Below, in pieces: positions 36,108 through 44,347 of a stretch of DNA of 50,424 nt (positions are counted from its first letter, which is position 1; every line of letters starts with the position of its first letter). The stretch comes from a virus (Duplodnaviria > Caudoviricetes), in the IMG/VR virus record IMGVR_UViG_3300037705_000022, positions 1-50,424 of that record; one strand, given 5' to 3'. The notes under the pieces were generated by a model. That model saw only the letters and a program-made list of their open reading frames with translations, made no database searches and was not told where the DNA came from. The position numbers and the translations under genes are program-made.

Positions 36108-37073
36108 ATGCAACTCCCCAAAACACTCCTCGAAGCCGTCCGTCATTTCTCTGACCTGGACGTGTGCAACGAGTATCTCGGCTCGATCAAGTGGCCCGGT
36201 GGAAAGCCGATCTGCCCGAAGTGCGGTGGCGACTCGGTCGGCTATCTCGTCGCCCGCAAGAAGCTCAAGTGCAACTCCAAGGCGTGCCAAAAACAGTTTA
36301 GCTACAAGGTCGACACGATCTTTGAAGACTCGCCGCTTGGGCTCGACAAGTGGCTCGTCGCGGTTTGGTGCGTCGCAAATTGCAAGAACGGCATCAGCAG
36401 TCACGAACTCGGCAGGTCGATCGGAGTCACCCAGAAGACGGCATGGTTCATGCTCCATCGCATTCGCGTGGCGATGGACATCGAAAGCGGCGACAAGCAC
36501 GATGGGGATGCGGAAGCCGACACGACCTACATCGGCGGCGCGGCGAAGAACATGCACCACAAGCGGCGAAAGGCGAAGATTACGGGCCGTGGTGGCGTCG
36601 ACAAGATCGCTGTGCATGGCGTGCTGAGGCGAGCGACGGGCGGACATCACAGCACGATCAGCGCGAAGGTCATTACGACAGAGAACGCCGAAAAGCTGAT
36701 GGCCGAAGTTCGGCGACAAGTCAAATACGGTGCGAACGTCTACACCGACTCGGCATCGAGCTACGGCGACTTGGCTTTGACTCACCGTCACAAGATGGTC
36801 GACCATTCGAAGTGTTTCGTCGTTGGCACTGTCCACGTCAACGGCGTGGAAAACTTCTGGTCGCTTCTGAAGCGAACGCTCAAAGGCACCTACGTTGCCG
36901 TCGCGCCGTACCATCTTTTCCGCTACGTCGTCGAGCAGGTTTTTCGATTCGACAACAGGCAAACGAATGACGCAGGACGATTCAACATTGTGATGCACAG
37001 ATGCGTTGGCAAACGGTTGACGTGGCGAATGCTGTGCGGCATTGGCGATGCTGGTTTCATGGGGATCAACTAG
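36108..37073 (+). CDS. IS1595-family DDE transposase
   Basis: KWPGG..CPKCG Zn ribbon; GISSHEL...GVTQKTAWFMLHRIR; EADTTYIGG, VYTD, HVNGVENFWSLLKR. Confidence 0.96.
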   Translation: MQLPKTLLEAVRHFSDLDVCNEYLGSIKWPGGKPICPKCGGDSVGYLVARKKLKCNSKACQKQFSYKVDTIFEDSPLGLDKWLVAVWCVANCKNGISSHELGRSIGVTQKTAWFMLHRIRVAMDIESGDKHDGDAEADTTYIGGAAKNMHHKRRKAKITGRGGVDKIAVHGVLRRATGGHHSTISAKVITTENAEKLMAEVRRQVKYGANVYTDSASSYGDLALTHRHKMVDHSKCFVVGTVHVNGVENFWSLLKRTLKGTYVAVAPYHLFRYVVEQVFRFDNRQTNDAGRFNIVMHRCVGKRLTWRMLCGIGDAGFMGIN

Positions 37074-37086
37074 GAGGATCAAGGCG

Positions 37087-37212
37087 ATGGGAAAGCCGAA
37101 AGAATGGCAAGCGTTTGACACACTTGCCAAGCAGTTAGTGAAGGTGCCGAAAGACAAAGTCGACGCCAAAATTGCGGCGACTAAGAAGCGGCGAGTGAAA
37201 AAGAAAAAGTGA
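37087..37212 (+). CDS. Small basic IS-associated protein (MGKPKEWQAFDTLAKQLVKVPK..., 41 aa)
   Basis: AGGAGG RBS; lies between the transposase and the right TIR. Confidence 0.6.
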   Translation: MGKPKEWQAFDTLAKQLVKVPKDKVDAKIAATKKRRVKKKK

Positions 37213-37375
37213 GTTAGCATGTTTCGTGCCAATGGAAATGGTAGTGCGTCTAATCAGTCAGTGCCTTACGTTGTCGAGTGGAACAACCAAGACGGCCTGC
37301 TTGCCTTCGTGCGGCTTGAGGTTGTCGCGGCTCTCAACACCTCCGTTGTCTCGCAGTTCCGAGGAGCTTCATTTG

Positions 37376-37615
37376 TTATTCGGCTTCCTCAATCGTGACG
37401 GACGGCTCGACACCATCTCGCAACTCTCGCAACTCGCGAATCTCTCGTTCCATCGACTTCTCGTGAAGCTCGTAAACCTGAAGATCTTCTTCACGATCTT
37501 CAAGTTCCTGGGTTAATGTTCGACACCGCAACACAACAGGAATGGTCGTCGAGACGGCTACCGAAAGTGCACCGGCAAGGAATATCCAGAAACACTGATT
37601 GATGCTGATTGTCAT
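37376..37615 (-). CDS. Small TM plus coiled-coil protein
   Basis: FWIFLAGALSVAVSTTIPVVL followed by a charged helix. Confidence 0.55.
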   Translation of the reverse strand: MTISINQCFWIFLAGALSVAVSTTIPVVLRCRTLTQELEDREEDLQVYELHEKSMEREIRELRELRDGVEPSVTIEEAE

Positions 37616-37618
37616 GGA

Positions 37619-37774
37619 TTAATGCCTTACTGGTGAAGGCTCTTCGGCATTGACTGCTGCTGGCACATCGCACTTACTTTTCGGACAACTAGGTGATTGG
37701 AAATCACCACGGCACGAGGCATAAGCCACAGCCGCCAATGAAAACAGTAACACACCCAACAAATACCTAGTCAT
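37619..37774 (-). CDS. Small exported Cys-containing peptide (MTRYLLGVLLFSLAAVAYASCRG..., 51 aa)
   Basis: Translated by hand; GGGGAG RBS; signal peptide-like N-terminus. Confidence 0.55.
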   Translation of the reverse strand: MTRYLLGVLLFSLAAVAYASCRGDFQSPSCPKSKCDVPAAVNAEEPSPVRH

Positions 37775-38858
37775 CGATCTCCCCTGAAATATGTCCACTC
37801 TGAATCAACCGATCATTCAACTTTGGCCGTCCGCCGATGCTTGCCGGATCGAACGGATGGAAACTGAAGATCCCGAATCCTCTCACGGCATTATTGGCTG
37901 TGATCTTCGCACTACCACTTTGATACCCGTACCCATCACCACGCCACCCCAATGCGAGAACGTGATTCGCAACGTGCCGGTGACAATTGAGACAATCCTC
38001 TCTTCCTATGCCGACAATCGAAGGACGATATTTAGCCGGGACGATGCTGCTCGTTTCCGAGTACAGATCGCTTGATTCGAGCACTTCGCGAAGAGGTGTA
38101 TTCAGCAGATGATCAACGATATCATTCGGCAACGGAGGTAGCTTTGCTTCGACAAGAGTTGCCCGAAACGATGGCGGCGAATGGAGCGGATCAACAAACT
38201 GCGTCATTACTTTCGGCGTGTTGCCAATCAGTGTTGCGAGTTCCTTGTGACCAACAAACCACACCTCGTTCGCCAATCCCCACGTCGTATTGTGTTGGCG
38301 AAACACCGCCGATTGCCAAGCGTCCGGCTCTCGTGTGAGTGTGCGAATCTCGATCGGATAGGTTCTTCCATTACGAATAAATCCGATAATCTCGCCGAGC
38401 ACGGAGTCAACTTCAAACTCCCACTCAACCGTTGGATCGGTATCAACATTAGCGTAGAGATTGTCGCGGCGACCTCTGAACACTTGCACCGGCTTGTGCT
38501 GCGGGTGCCAGTAGAATTTGACAACCGCAATCTCTCGCGAGTTGACGTTGTGCAGACCGCCGCCAACCTTCCAAGGGAATTCGTTTGACGGATTCGTTTG
38601 GTTGCCATTCAGATTAAACTGAAAACTCTGATGCACGATGCGAAGCGGCCTCAATGCAGCGTGTTGTACCACCCGCGGCATTGTCTGTGAATCGTAGAAC
38701 AGCGTCCACTCGTCCGCGAAGATCGTACGTAGCTCATCTGATTCAATCGGCGGCATGCAACGAACGACCGGGTGAACAGCAAACGCCAGCGACGAGACAA
38801 CGAGCACAATCGTCACGATGATCGCGATGAATGCGAACTCAGGAAGTAATTTACGCAT
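37767..38858 (-). CDS. Exported protein with one CxxCH (heme c-type) motif
   Basis: Signal/TM N-terminus; CLNCH at 37980-37994; AGGAG RBS. Confidence 0.65.
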   Translation of the reverse strand: MRKLLPEFAFIAIIVTIVLVVSSLAFAVHPVVRCMPPIESDELRTIFADEWTLFYDSQTMPRVVQHAALRPLRIVHQSFQFNLNGNQTNPSNEFPWKVGGGLHNVNSREIAVVKFYWHPQHKPVQVFRGRRDNLYANVDTDPTVEWEFEVDSVLGEIIGFIRNGRTYPIEIRTLTREPDAWQSAVFRQHNTTWGLANEVWFVGHKELATLIGNTPKVMTQFVDPLHSPPSFRATLVEAKLPPLPNDIVDHLLNTPLREVLESSDLYSETSSIVPAKYRPSIVGIGREDCLNCHRHVANHVLALGWRGDGYGYQSGSAKITANNAVRGFGIFSFHPFDPASIGGRPKLNDRLIQSGHISGEIDD

Positions 38859-39013
38859 CGACTAATTCTCCTTCACTTCTCAGGATGTCCACGCAGTCCT
38901 TGAATCGTCAGCAATAAACCGATGCCGGCTGCGACGGAAAGGAACGTCGCGACCGGCTCGGCTTCGGCGACGTGATCTGCTGGATTGCTCCAGGAGTCAC
39001 ACCGGCGAATTCG

Positions 39014-39373
39014 TTAAATCGCGTGCGTCCCTTCGACGCAGCGGTCAATTCGTTCCTTGGTTCGCGTGTGCAAAGACTCCATCGCGCCAATCACGCCGTC
39101 CAGTGCGAGTTGGTTCGATTCGCACGAATACGGGCCGCTTTGGAATCCTTCAAGACGATCACGGACGATTGCCAGTAACGCCTCGTTGCTGATACCGTTC
39201 ACGCCAACTTCGTTGATTGGTCCGTCCTGAAAGCCGAATTCCGCGAGCGTGCCAAGCTCATCGGTTCCGATGCTGTAGACGTGGCAAGCATTGCCTTGTC
39301 CCGGTTCGTCAACGGCAACAACTTGCAGCGACTCGTTCAATCCGTTGACTTTGTGGGTCGTGATCTCTCGCAT
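39014..39373 (-). CDS. tad1: Tad1-family anti-defence signalling-molecule sponge
   Basis: FQDGPINEVGVNGISNEALLAIVRDRLEGFQSGPYSCESN..A......L..RT.ER....VEGT matches the Tad1 family pattern. Confidence 0.85.
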   Translation of the reverse strand: MREITTHKVNGLNESLQVVAVDEPGQGNACHVYSIGTDELGTLAEFGFQDGPINEVGVNGISNEALLAIVRDRLEGFQSGPYSCESNQLALDGVIGAMESLHTRTKERIDRCVEGTHAI

Positions 39374-39546
39374 GGGTTCCCTTTGCTTCGAAACGAAAAT
39401 AGGCCAATCGCTCCGGTCCGATGTCGGAGTGATTGGCCTTTGGGTGTTCGGCACCTGGGCCTAATGAATTGTCGAGTGGTCCTACTTGCGTTTCATGATC
39501 GTCCTCCTGATTCGTGGACAGCAGAAGATTGTTGCTTCCGCGGTCC

Positions 39547-39735
39547 CTAAATAGATTTCACCGTGTCGGTGCTAATTAGCTTCCCAGTATTACCGATGGA
39601 ATCGGGATTGACAATCCGAATGTGTTGATCCGAAGTAATTACAACCTGGACCTCGCCCTTGCCGATGCCAGCGATTAACACCGTTGTATCTTTGCCGATC
39701 TTGATTGCGCGTCCGAGTTTGATGCTTCGTTCCAT
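39547..39735 (-). CDS. Divergent second CsrA-like protein
   Basis: IKIGKDTTVLIAGIGKGEVQVVITSDQHIRI follows the CsrA strand pattern but lacks L.R and R.E. Confidence 0.5.
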   Translation of the reverse strand: MERSIKLGRAIKIGKDTTVLIAGIGKGEVQVVITSDQHIRIVNPDSIGNTGKLISTDTVKSI

Positions 39736-40058
39736 GCTTTGCTTCCGTTCCTGGGGGTCTCTTGTTAGATATGTGGGATTCCCGTTTCGACCGAATTAGG
39801 GTTCCCTTGGCTGCCAATCACCGCACCAATCACCTTCGTTATAGATCCCATCTTCGTCTACGAAACCGGGGCTTACTGATGGCCATGCAACATCAAACGT
39901 GCCGTAATTTTTGAGAGTCCCATTGGCATGAATCATTCGCAGGTACACCGCCTGCGGCGCATTCCTACGGCACTAGGAATCGCCCGAACTTTCGTCTAAG
40001 AATCGGCACGTATCGCAACGCTCTTTCCTGCTTGACGGCTGCTTCTGAGGGCATGGTG

Positions 40059-40391
40059 TCATGGCTTCACCTTTTCAATTATTGGATTCCGTTTGCGCCA
40101 CTTCTCTATGAACCACGATAGGTCGCGACCGTCGTAGTATGAACGCTTTCCGTCGATGGGGAACCAATGAGCGTAAGCCTTGCGGTAGTCAGCGAGAAAC
40201 TCGTCACATTCTTCGGTCCAGTCGATTTCGTGGACAGTGTATTGGTCGATAACTCTCTCGTCAGGACCAATTATCTTGACGAACTTATTTACACCATCGT
40301 CTTCAATGAGACCTTGTAATACTACGTCCCAGTGGTCGAATTCGCAGATTAGTCGTTGCCTGACCCACGCATACGAGACTTGTTCATTCAT
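40059..40391 (-). CDS. Hypothetical protein
   Basis: ATGA-coupled; AAGGAGG RBS. Confidence 0.65.
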   Translation of the reverse strand: MNEQVSYAWVRQRLICEFDHWDVVLQGLIEDDGVNKFVKIIGPDERVIDQYTVHEIDWTEECDEFLADYRKAYAHWFPIDGKRSYYDGRDLSWFIEKWRKRNPIIEKVKP

Positions 40392-40630
40392 GGGCTAGGT
40401 TCCTCCTTCCAAGATTCCAATTCATCCGAGCCAACCGCGAACGCAAAACCACGAGGCTTACCTTCGATCACCTCGACACACCACAACAGCAGTTCGCCAG
40501 TTCCTCGCCGCTTGAAACGCTTATCGGGTTCGTTGCGTTCTGATCCTACCACCTGAATTATTCCGCTGTCGCACACTTCCGGCGGTGCTTTAAATCGTTT
40601 ACCGATTATGTCCTTGGCTTTCGCTATCAT
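40388..40630 (-). CDS. Hypothetical protein
   Basis: GGAGG RBS. Confidence 0.6.
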   Translation of the reverse strand: MIAKAKDIIGKRFKAPPEVCDSGIIQVVGSERNEPDKRFKRRGTGELLLWCVEVIEGKPRGFAFAVGSDELESWKEEPSP

Positions 40631-40694
40631 CTATTTCCTCCGTTCTCTTAGGCTTGCAATTGTCGTGCTGCCAGGTCGTCTGACTCGCACACTT

Positions 40695-40949
40695 TCACGT
40701 CTTTGACTCCACGAATTCGCAACTCTGACAGTGCTTGCAATGCCGATAAGGAAGTACTCCGTCGATCTGATTAACAAGTCCCCATTCATGCTCGACGCAA
40801 GATGTCGAATAGTCCGGTTCGTATTCAATCTCAACAACGAACTTGAATCCGCACGACTCGCATTCCATCTCACCGGAGTCTTCATCGTGGATTCCAACCG
40901 GGTCGTGTTCGTGCTTACACTTCGGGCATTCGATTGTTTCATCAGCCAT
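40695..40949 (-). CDS. Small zinc-ribbon protein
   Basis: CPKC, CESC, CKHC. Confidence 0.65.
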   Translation of the reverse strand: MADETIECPKCKHEHDPVGIHDEDSGEMECESCGFKFVVEIEYEPDYSTSCVEHEWGLVNQIDGVLPYRHCKHCQSCEFVESKT

Positions 40950-40976
40950 GTTTCACCTCGTAATCTCCATAGTAAT

Positions 40977-41255
40977 TCAATCGCCTATTTGACCTGCGCC
41001 AAGACTTGCCACCGACTTCTTCAACTTGCTAAACTCCGACGCTGCCTTGTCGAGTCTCTCAATCAACTGTCCTATCACTGCGTCACGCTCGTTCTCACTC
41101 GCCAGAATCTCGTCATACCGTTGGCTCATTGCGTCCGCTCGCTTCTCTAATCTTGCCATCTGTGCCGACTGCTCGTTCATTCTGTGGCACACTCCCTCGT
41201 ACTGAGTTCGCCACCATGAGGCTGTGAATTTGTCTTCCTTGACGGGGTCGCTCAT
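40977..41255 (-). CDS. Coiled-coil hypothetical protein
   Basis: ATGA-coupled to the MTase; start MSDPVK. Confidence 0.55.
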   Translation of the reverse strand: MSDPVKEDKFTASWWRTQYEGVCHRMNEQSAQMARLEKRADAMSQRYDEILASENERDAVIGQLIERLDKAASEFSKLKKSVASLGAGQIGD

Positions 41256-42004
41256 TGTTCTAGTGCCTCGACTATTCTGCGGCCTATCCAAAATGCGATT
41301 TTCGGAACTACTGAATTGCCGAGAACTCTCAGTCGATCTTCGTCCAGTCCTTTCCGAAACCCATCAGCCACTCCGAGAATGTCGGCATCAGGCACAGCCC
41401 AAACTCGTCCGCTAAGACCTCGTTTAAGTTCCGGTTTCCGCCCGCACCACTCCGAAGTTTCTTGTTGTGACCGCGCGTCAAGGATTCGATCCGAAGTAAT
41501 GATCGGCGTGAGTCGGTCGCCGTTGGGGTAGGCCAGAATAAAAACGCGGTCCCTGATGTGATACGCACCGAAGCCGGCAGCGCTGAGACAATGCCATTCC
41601 GCATCATACCCGCCCTCGGCAAGGTCGCAGAGAACGACATCAAGCCCCCGTGTAAGCAACGCTGATACGTTTTCAATGAGCACGAATCGAGGTCGCAGAA
41701 CGCGAATGATACGAGAGAATTCTTTCCATAGTCCACTGTGCTCACCGCTGATCCCTTCGCGTTTTCCTGCGTCTGATATTTCCGTGCATGGGAAACCTCC
41801 GGCAATAAGGTCGACACTCTCGGTATCAGATTGCGGCCACGTTCGCACGTCGTCATGCCGGCGGACGTCTGGCCAATGTCTGGCGAGCACTTGCCTCGCA
41901 AAGGCGTCGATTTCAACTTGCCACCTGCATTGCATGCCAGAACGATCAAGGCCAAGATCAAGGCCGCCGATACCTGAGAATAAGCTTCCGAAAGTAAGCG
42001 TCAT
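41252..42004 (-). CDS. C5-cytosine DNA methyltransferase, alpha chain (motifs I-VIII and X)
   Basis: SLFSGIGG, GGFPC, ENV, HIRDRVF, RLRVLGNS. Confidence 0.92.
   Translation of the reverse strand: MTLTFGSLFSGIGGLDLGLDRSGMQCRWQVEIDAFARQVLARHWPDVRRHDDVRTWPQSDTESVDLIAGGFPCTEISDAGKREGISGEHSGLWKEFSRIIRVLRPRFVLIENVSALLTRGLDVVLCDLAEGGYDAEWHCLSAAGFGAYHIRDRVFILAYPNGDRLTPIITSDRILDARSQQETSEWCGRKPELKRGLSGRVWAVPDADILGVADGFRKGLDEDRLRVLGNSVVPKIAFWIGRRIVEALEQ
41329..41736 (-). CDS. Nested alternative-frame ORF, putative MTase beta chain carrying motif IX
   Basis: WPTPTATD...LMPTFSEWLMGFGKDWT; frame open from 41961 to 41329; start uncertain. Confidence 0.65.
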   Translation of the reverse strand: MDYGKNSLVSFAFCDLDSCSLKTYQRCLHGGLMSFSATLPRAGMMRNGIVSALPASVRITSGTAFLFWPTPTATDSRRSLLRIESLTRGHNKKLRSGAGGNRNLNEVLADEFGLCLMPTFSEWLMGFGKDWTKID

Positions 42005-42378
42005 CGTTCAGTTGCCTTATCTGCGATCTTACGCGCCGCTTCGCAAACGTCAGACGCAAACAGTCGTGAACAATCTATCTGCGGTCCCTGTGATGCACAG
42101 ATTCCAGTTATCGCCGCAGCCATGAATATATCGTGTCGGCTGATCGTCTCCACCGGTCCCGTCTCGACACGATCCTCAGAGACAATCAAGCCACGATCTT
42201 CTGCAAGCCACCGCGGTATCGTCACACTCGACACTGTCTGTCCGTCCTGTAGGTCGACGTACGACTTCGGCAATTGTATCGGTTCGCATCCGTCCGCCTT
42301 CAGCCACCACGACGCCTTATGGTCCGACACCGTTCGTGGTGGCTCCAGTGTTACCGTTAGCAGTTCGTTGTTGTCCAT
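42001..42378 (-). CDS. Hypothetical protein
   Basis: ATGA-coupled to the MTase. Confidence 0.6.
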   Translation of the reverse strand: MDNNELLTVTLEPPRTVSDHKASWWLKADGCEPIQLPKSYVDLQDGQTVSSVTIPRWLAEDRGLIVSEDRVETGPVETISRHDIFMAAAITGICASQGPQIDCSRLFASDVCEAARKIADKATER

Positions 42379-42671
42379 GATTCACTACCCTCAATGTTTT
42401 CGTGTCGAGTTCTGTCGGGCTCGCAGTGAGCATCTGGTTGCGTTGGCAGGTGAACAACTAGCGGCCCGCGCAGGACGGTTCCTACCCCGCATTTTGGCCT
42501 TTCACCGTGGCTGCAATCTTCACATCCTCACCACACCTAACGTCAGCTTTACGCCCTGCGGCGCCGCGTAAACACGTTTCGGATTTGACATGCAGCTTTC
42601 GGCTCTTAGCGGGGGCTTCATCCCCTGGCCACGGAACGTATGCACCAGTTAACCGTTTGCCCAATCTGGGG

Positions 42672-42968
42672 CTATGTCTTGGATATCTCCGATTGGATGA
42701 ACGAAACGATATGACGCATGTTGTCCGTCGTCGGCTCCAGCTTCGACAGAAATTCCAAGTACCATTGCGGGCACTCGCGTAACCTCTTGCCGGCGAACTT
42801 TCCGAACCACAACTTTGCGTCCCACGATTGCAGACGATCGGCCTTAATTCGTTCGGCTTTGAGACTGATCTTCCGCTTGCAGTTTTTCCGCGTACGAGTG
42901 GTGTTGCCTTGCCGTCCCTTGCGGGCTGCGTCTTTGGCTCGTGCTTTGGCCCAGTCATCTCGTGGCAT
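42672..42968 (-). CDS. DUF3820 / exonuclease X C-terminal-like protein
   Basis: LWFGKFAGKRLRECPQWYLEFL. Confidence 0.65.
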   Translation of the reverse strand: MPRDDWAKARAKDAARKGRQGNTTRTRKNCKRKISLKAERIKADRLQSWDAKLWFGKFAGKRLRECPQWYLEFLSKLEPTTDNMRHIVSFIQSEISKT

Positions 42969-43216
42969 CAGGAATTACCTTCTGCTTCTACGTCTTCGGA
43001 ACCTTCCATCGCTTCCCATGTCTCCTTGTCGGCAAGTGCCAACGCGGCTCCAAGCGAACCGTCCGTCTTGGCTCGCATTTCAAGCAACTGTTTCTCGACG
43101 TGTTCAGGACTGGCGAACGGAAACGCCGTTGCTCCCATCAGCAACGCGCCAATCTCATCGTCTGGCAATTCTGGGTAATGTCGTCTCGCAGCATCAACGC
43201 ATAACTGACACATCAA
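42968..43216 (-). CDS. Hypothetical protein
   Basis: Coupled ORF; GGAGG RBS. Confidence 0.55.
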   Translation of the reverse strand: MMCQLCVDAARRHYPELPDDEIGALLMGATAFPFASPEHVEKQLLEMRAKTDGSLGAALALADKETWEAMEGSEDVEAEGNS

Positions 43217-43572
43217 GCGAGCCCTCCATTCAGCACATTGAAAGAGCCTCCGTGGGGAATCGAACCCTCCAGTGGACGCCGCGGACGTTTCGCAATGCCT
43301 TTAAAGAACGCACGAAACGCCCTGTCAAGATTAGCAAATGGGGTCGCGTGTGCGTCGCGGTGAATGTCTTTCATCCACGGGAATAACTCATACTTGGTAG
43401 CGTTGAATTCCTTTTTGAGTTGCATCCCGCATGGCCTGCCGCCCTCTTTATACTGCCGATCCCACTCCGCCACAGCGTGATTCCAAACGAACCGAGCACA
43501 GCCCGCCGCTTGCGAGAAATACTGACGTTGCTTGAAGGTTGTGTCGAGTGCAATCTTGTGCGAGAGAATCAT
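43213..43572 (-). pseudogene. tnpB: Truncated TnpB (IS200/IS605 OrfB): N-terminal HTH/REC part only, no RuvC
   Basis: SHKIALD.T..Q..YF..AAGCARFVWN...NLDRAFRAFFKG..KRP, then unrelated sequence. Confidence 0.8.
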
Positions 43573-43636
43573 ATCATTGCTCCAATAGAATCGCTCGGCT
43601 CCCGCCAGCGCCTGTAACTGGATGGCACGTGGTAGA

Positions 43637-44095
43637 TTATCGCCCGGAGTACGACTTGTTGAGGTGCATGAACTTCTGCTTCCACTCCCAGTCGTCCATC
43701 ACGAAGCATTGAAACTGCGACTGCGTCAACTGAATGTTCTCGCCGACTTCCCACTCTGCCATCTGAATCGCAACGTCGTAAGAGCGAGTGTGATCCTGCG
43801 GAACTTCGAGAAAAAACGACACTTGCGAAAGAACTATCACTTGATTCTGCAATGCGTCGTCTGGGTCGAATCGGTCTATCTTTGCCGCAATCATCGCCTG
43901 ATTGTCGGCGATCAGCTTGCGAGCACGTGACACTTGCTTCTCCAGTTCGGTAGTCGCGTCCGAACGATAGCCAGCAACCGATTCCACGTAAGCATGCTTG
44001 TGGATCTCTCGATTTTCCCTGAGCGTATCCAGCAATTTGATTCTGTTCACGGTTACTGTTCTCTCTTCCAATCCCATCGCTTCTGAGTCTCGCAT
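43637..44095 (-). CDS. Phage hypothetical protein
   Basis: GGAG RBS; 152-aa helical ORF ending FQCFVMDDWEWK. Confidence 0.7.
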   Translation of the reverse strand: MRDSEAMGLEERTVTVNRIKLLDTLRENREIHKHAYVESVAGYRSDATTELEKQVSRARKLIADNQAMIAAKIDRFDPDDALQNQVIVLSQVSFFLEVPQDHTRSYDVAIQMAEWEVGENIQLTQSQFQCFVMDDWEWKQKFMHLNKSYSGR

Positions 44096-44127
44096 CAGAT
44101 TCTCCGCTCAAAGGAAATGTGTTTACG

Positions 44128-44158
44128 AAAAAGCCACGGGCTCGAATGAACCCGTGGC
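44128..44158 (-). terminator. Rho-independent terminator/attenuator
   Basis: GCCACGGG-10 nt-CCCGTGGC followed by TTTTT. Confidence 0.7.
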
Positions 44159-44269
44159 CGGTGTCACGCGCATCTAGCTTGGCGGCAGGAGAGTACGCGA
44201 ATTGAAGTGTAGCATGAAGTTGTGACATCTCAAACTCTCCGTTTCTGTTGCCGCCAAGCAACTGGTAAT

Positions 44270-44297
44270 AAGGTAATGGTTTTCGTGTGAATGTCAA
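44270..44297 (-). promoter_or_regulatory. Sigma70-like promoter preceding a structured leader
   Basis: TTGACA, 16 bp, TACCTT in an AT-rich gap. Confidence 0.55.
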
Positions 44298-44347
44298 ACG
44301 TAAATGAGTGGATATTTTTAAGTGGGTTGGGTGGTTGGAGTTACTGA

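Larger units (their letters stand above)
34817..37265 (+). mobile_element. IS1595-family element (2449 bp) with passenger genes
   Basis: Perfect 26-bp TIRs GGCACTGACTGATTAGACGCACTACC (34817-34842, 37240-37265); 8-bp TSD TTACGTTG (34809-34816, 37266-37273). Confidence 0.97.

Noticed and set aside
34884-37232. 782-aa minus-strand ORF
   Set aside because: Antisense shadow of the IS1595 genes; no recognisable motifs
43240-43275. tRNA gene
   Set aside because: Only a T-loop-like GGTTCGATTCC with an imperfect stem; no D arm, anticodon arm or acceptor pairing found
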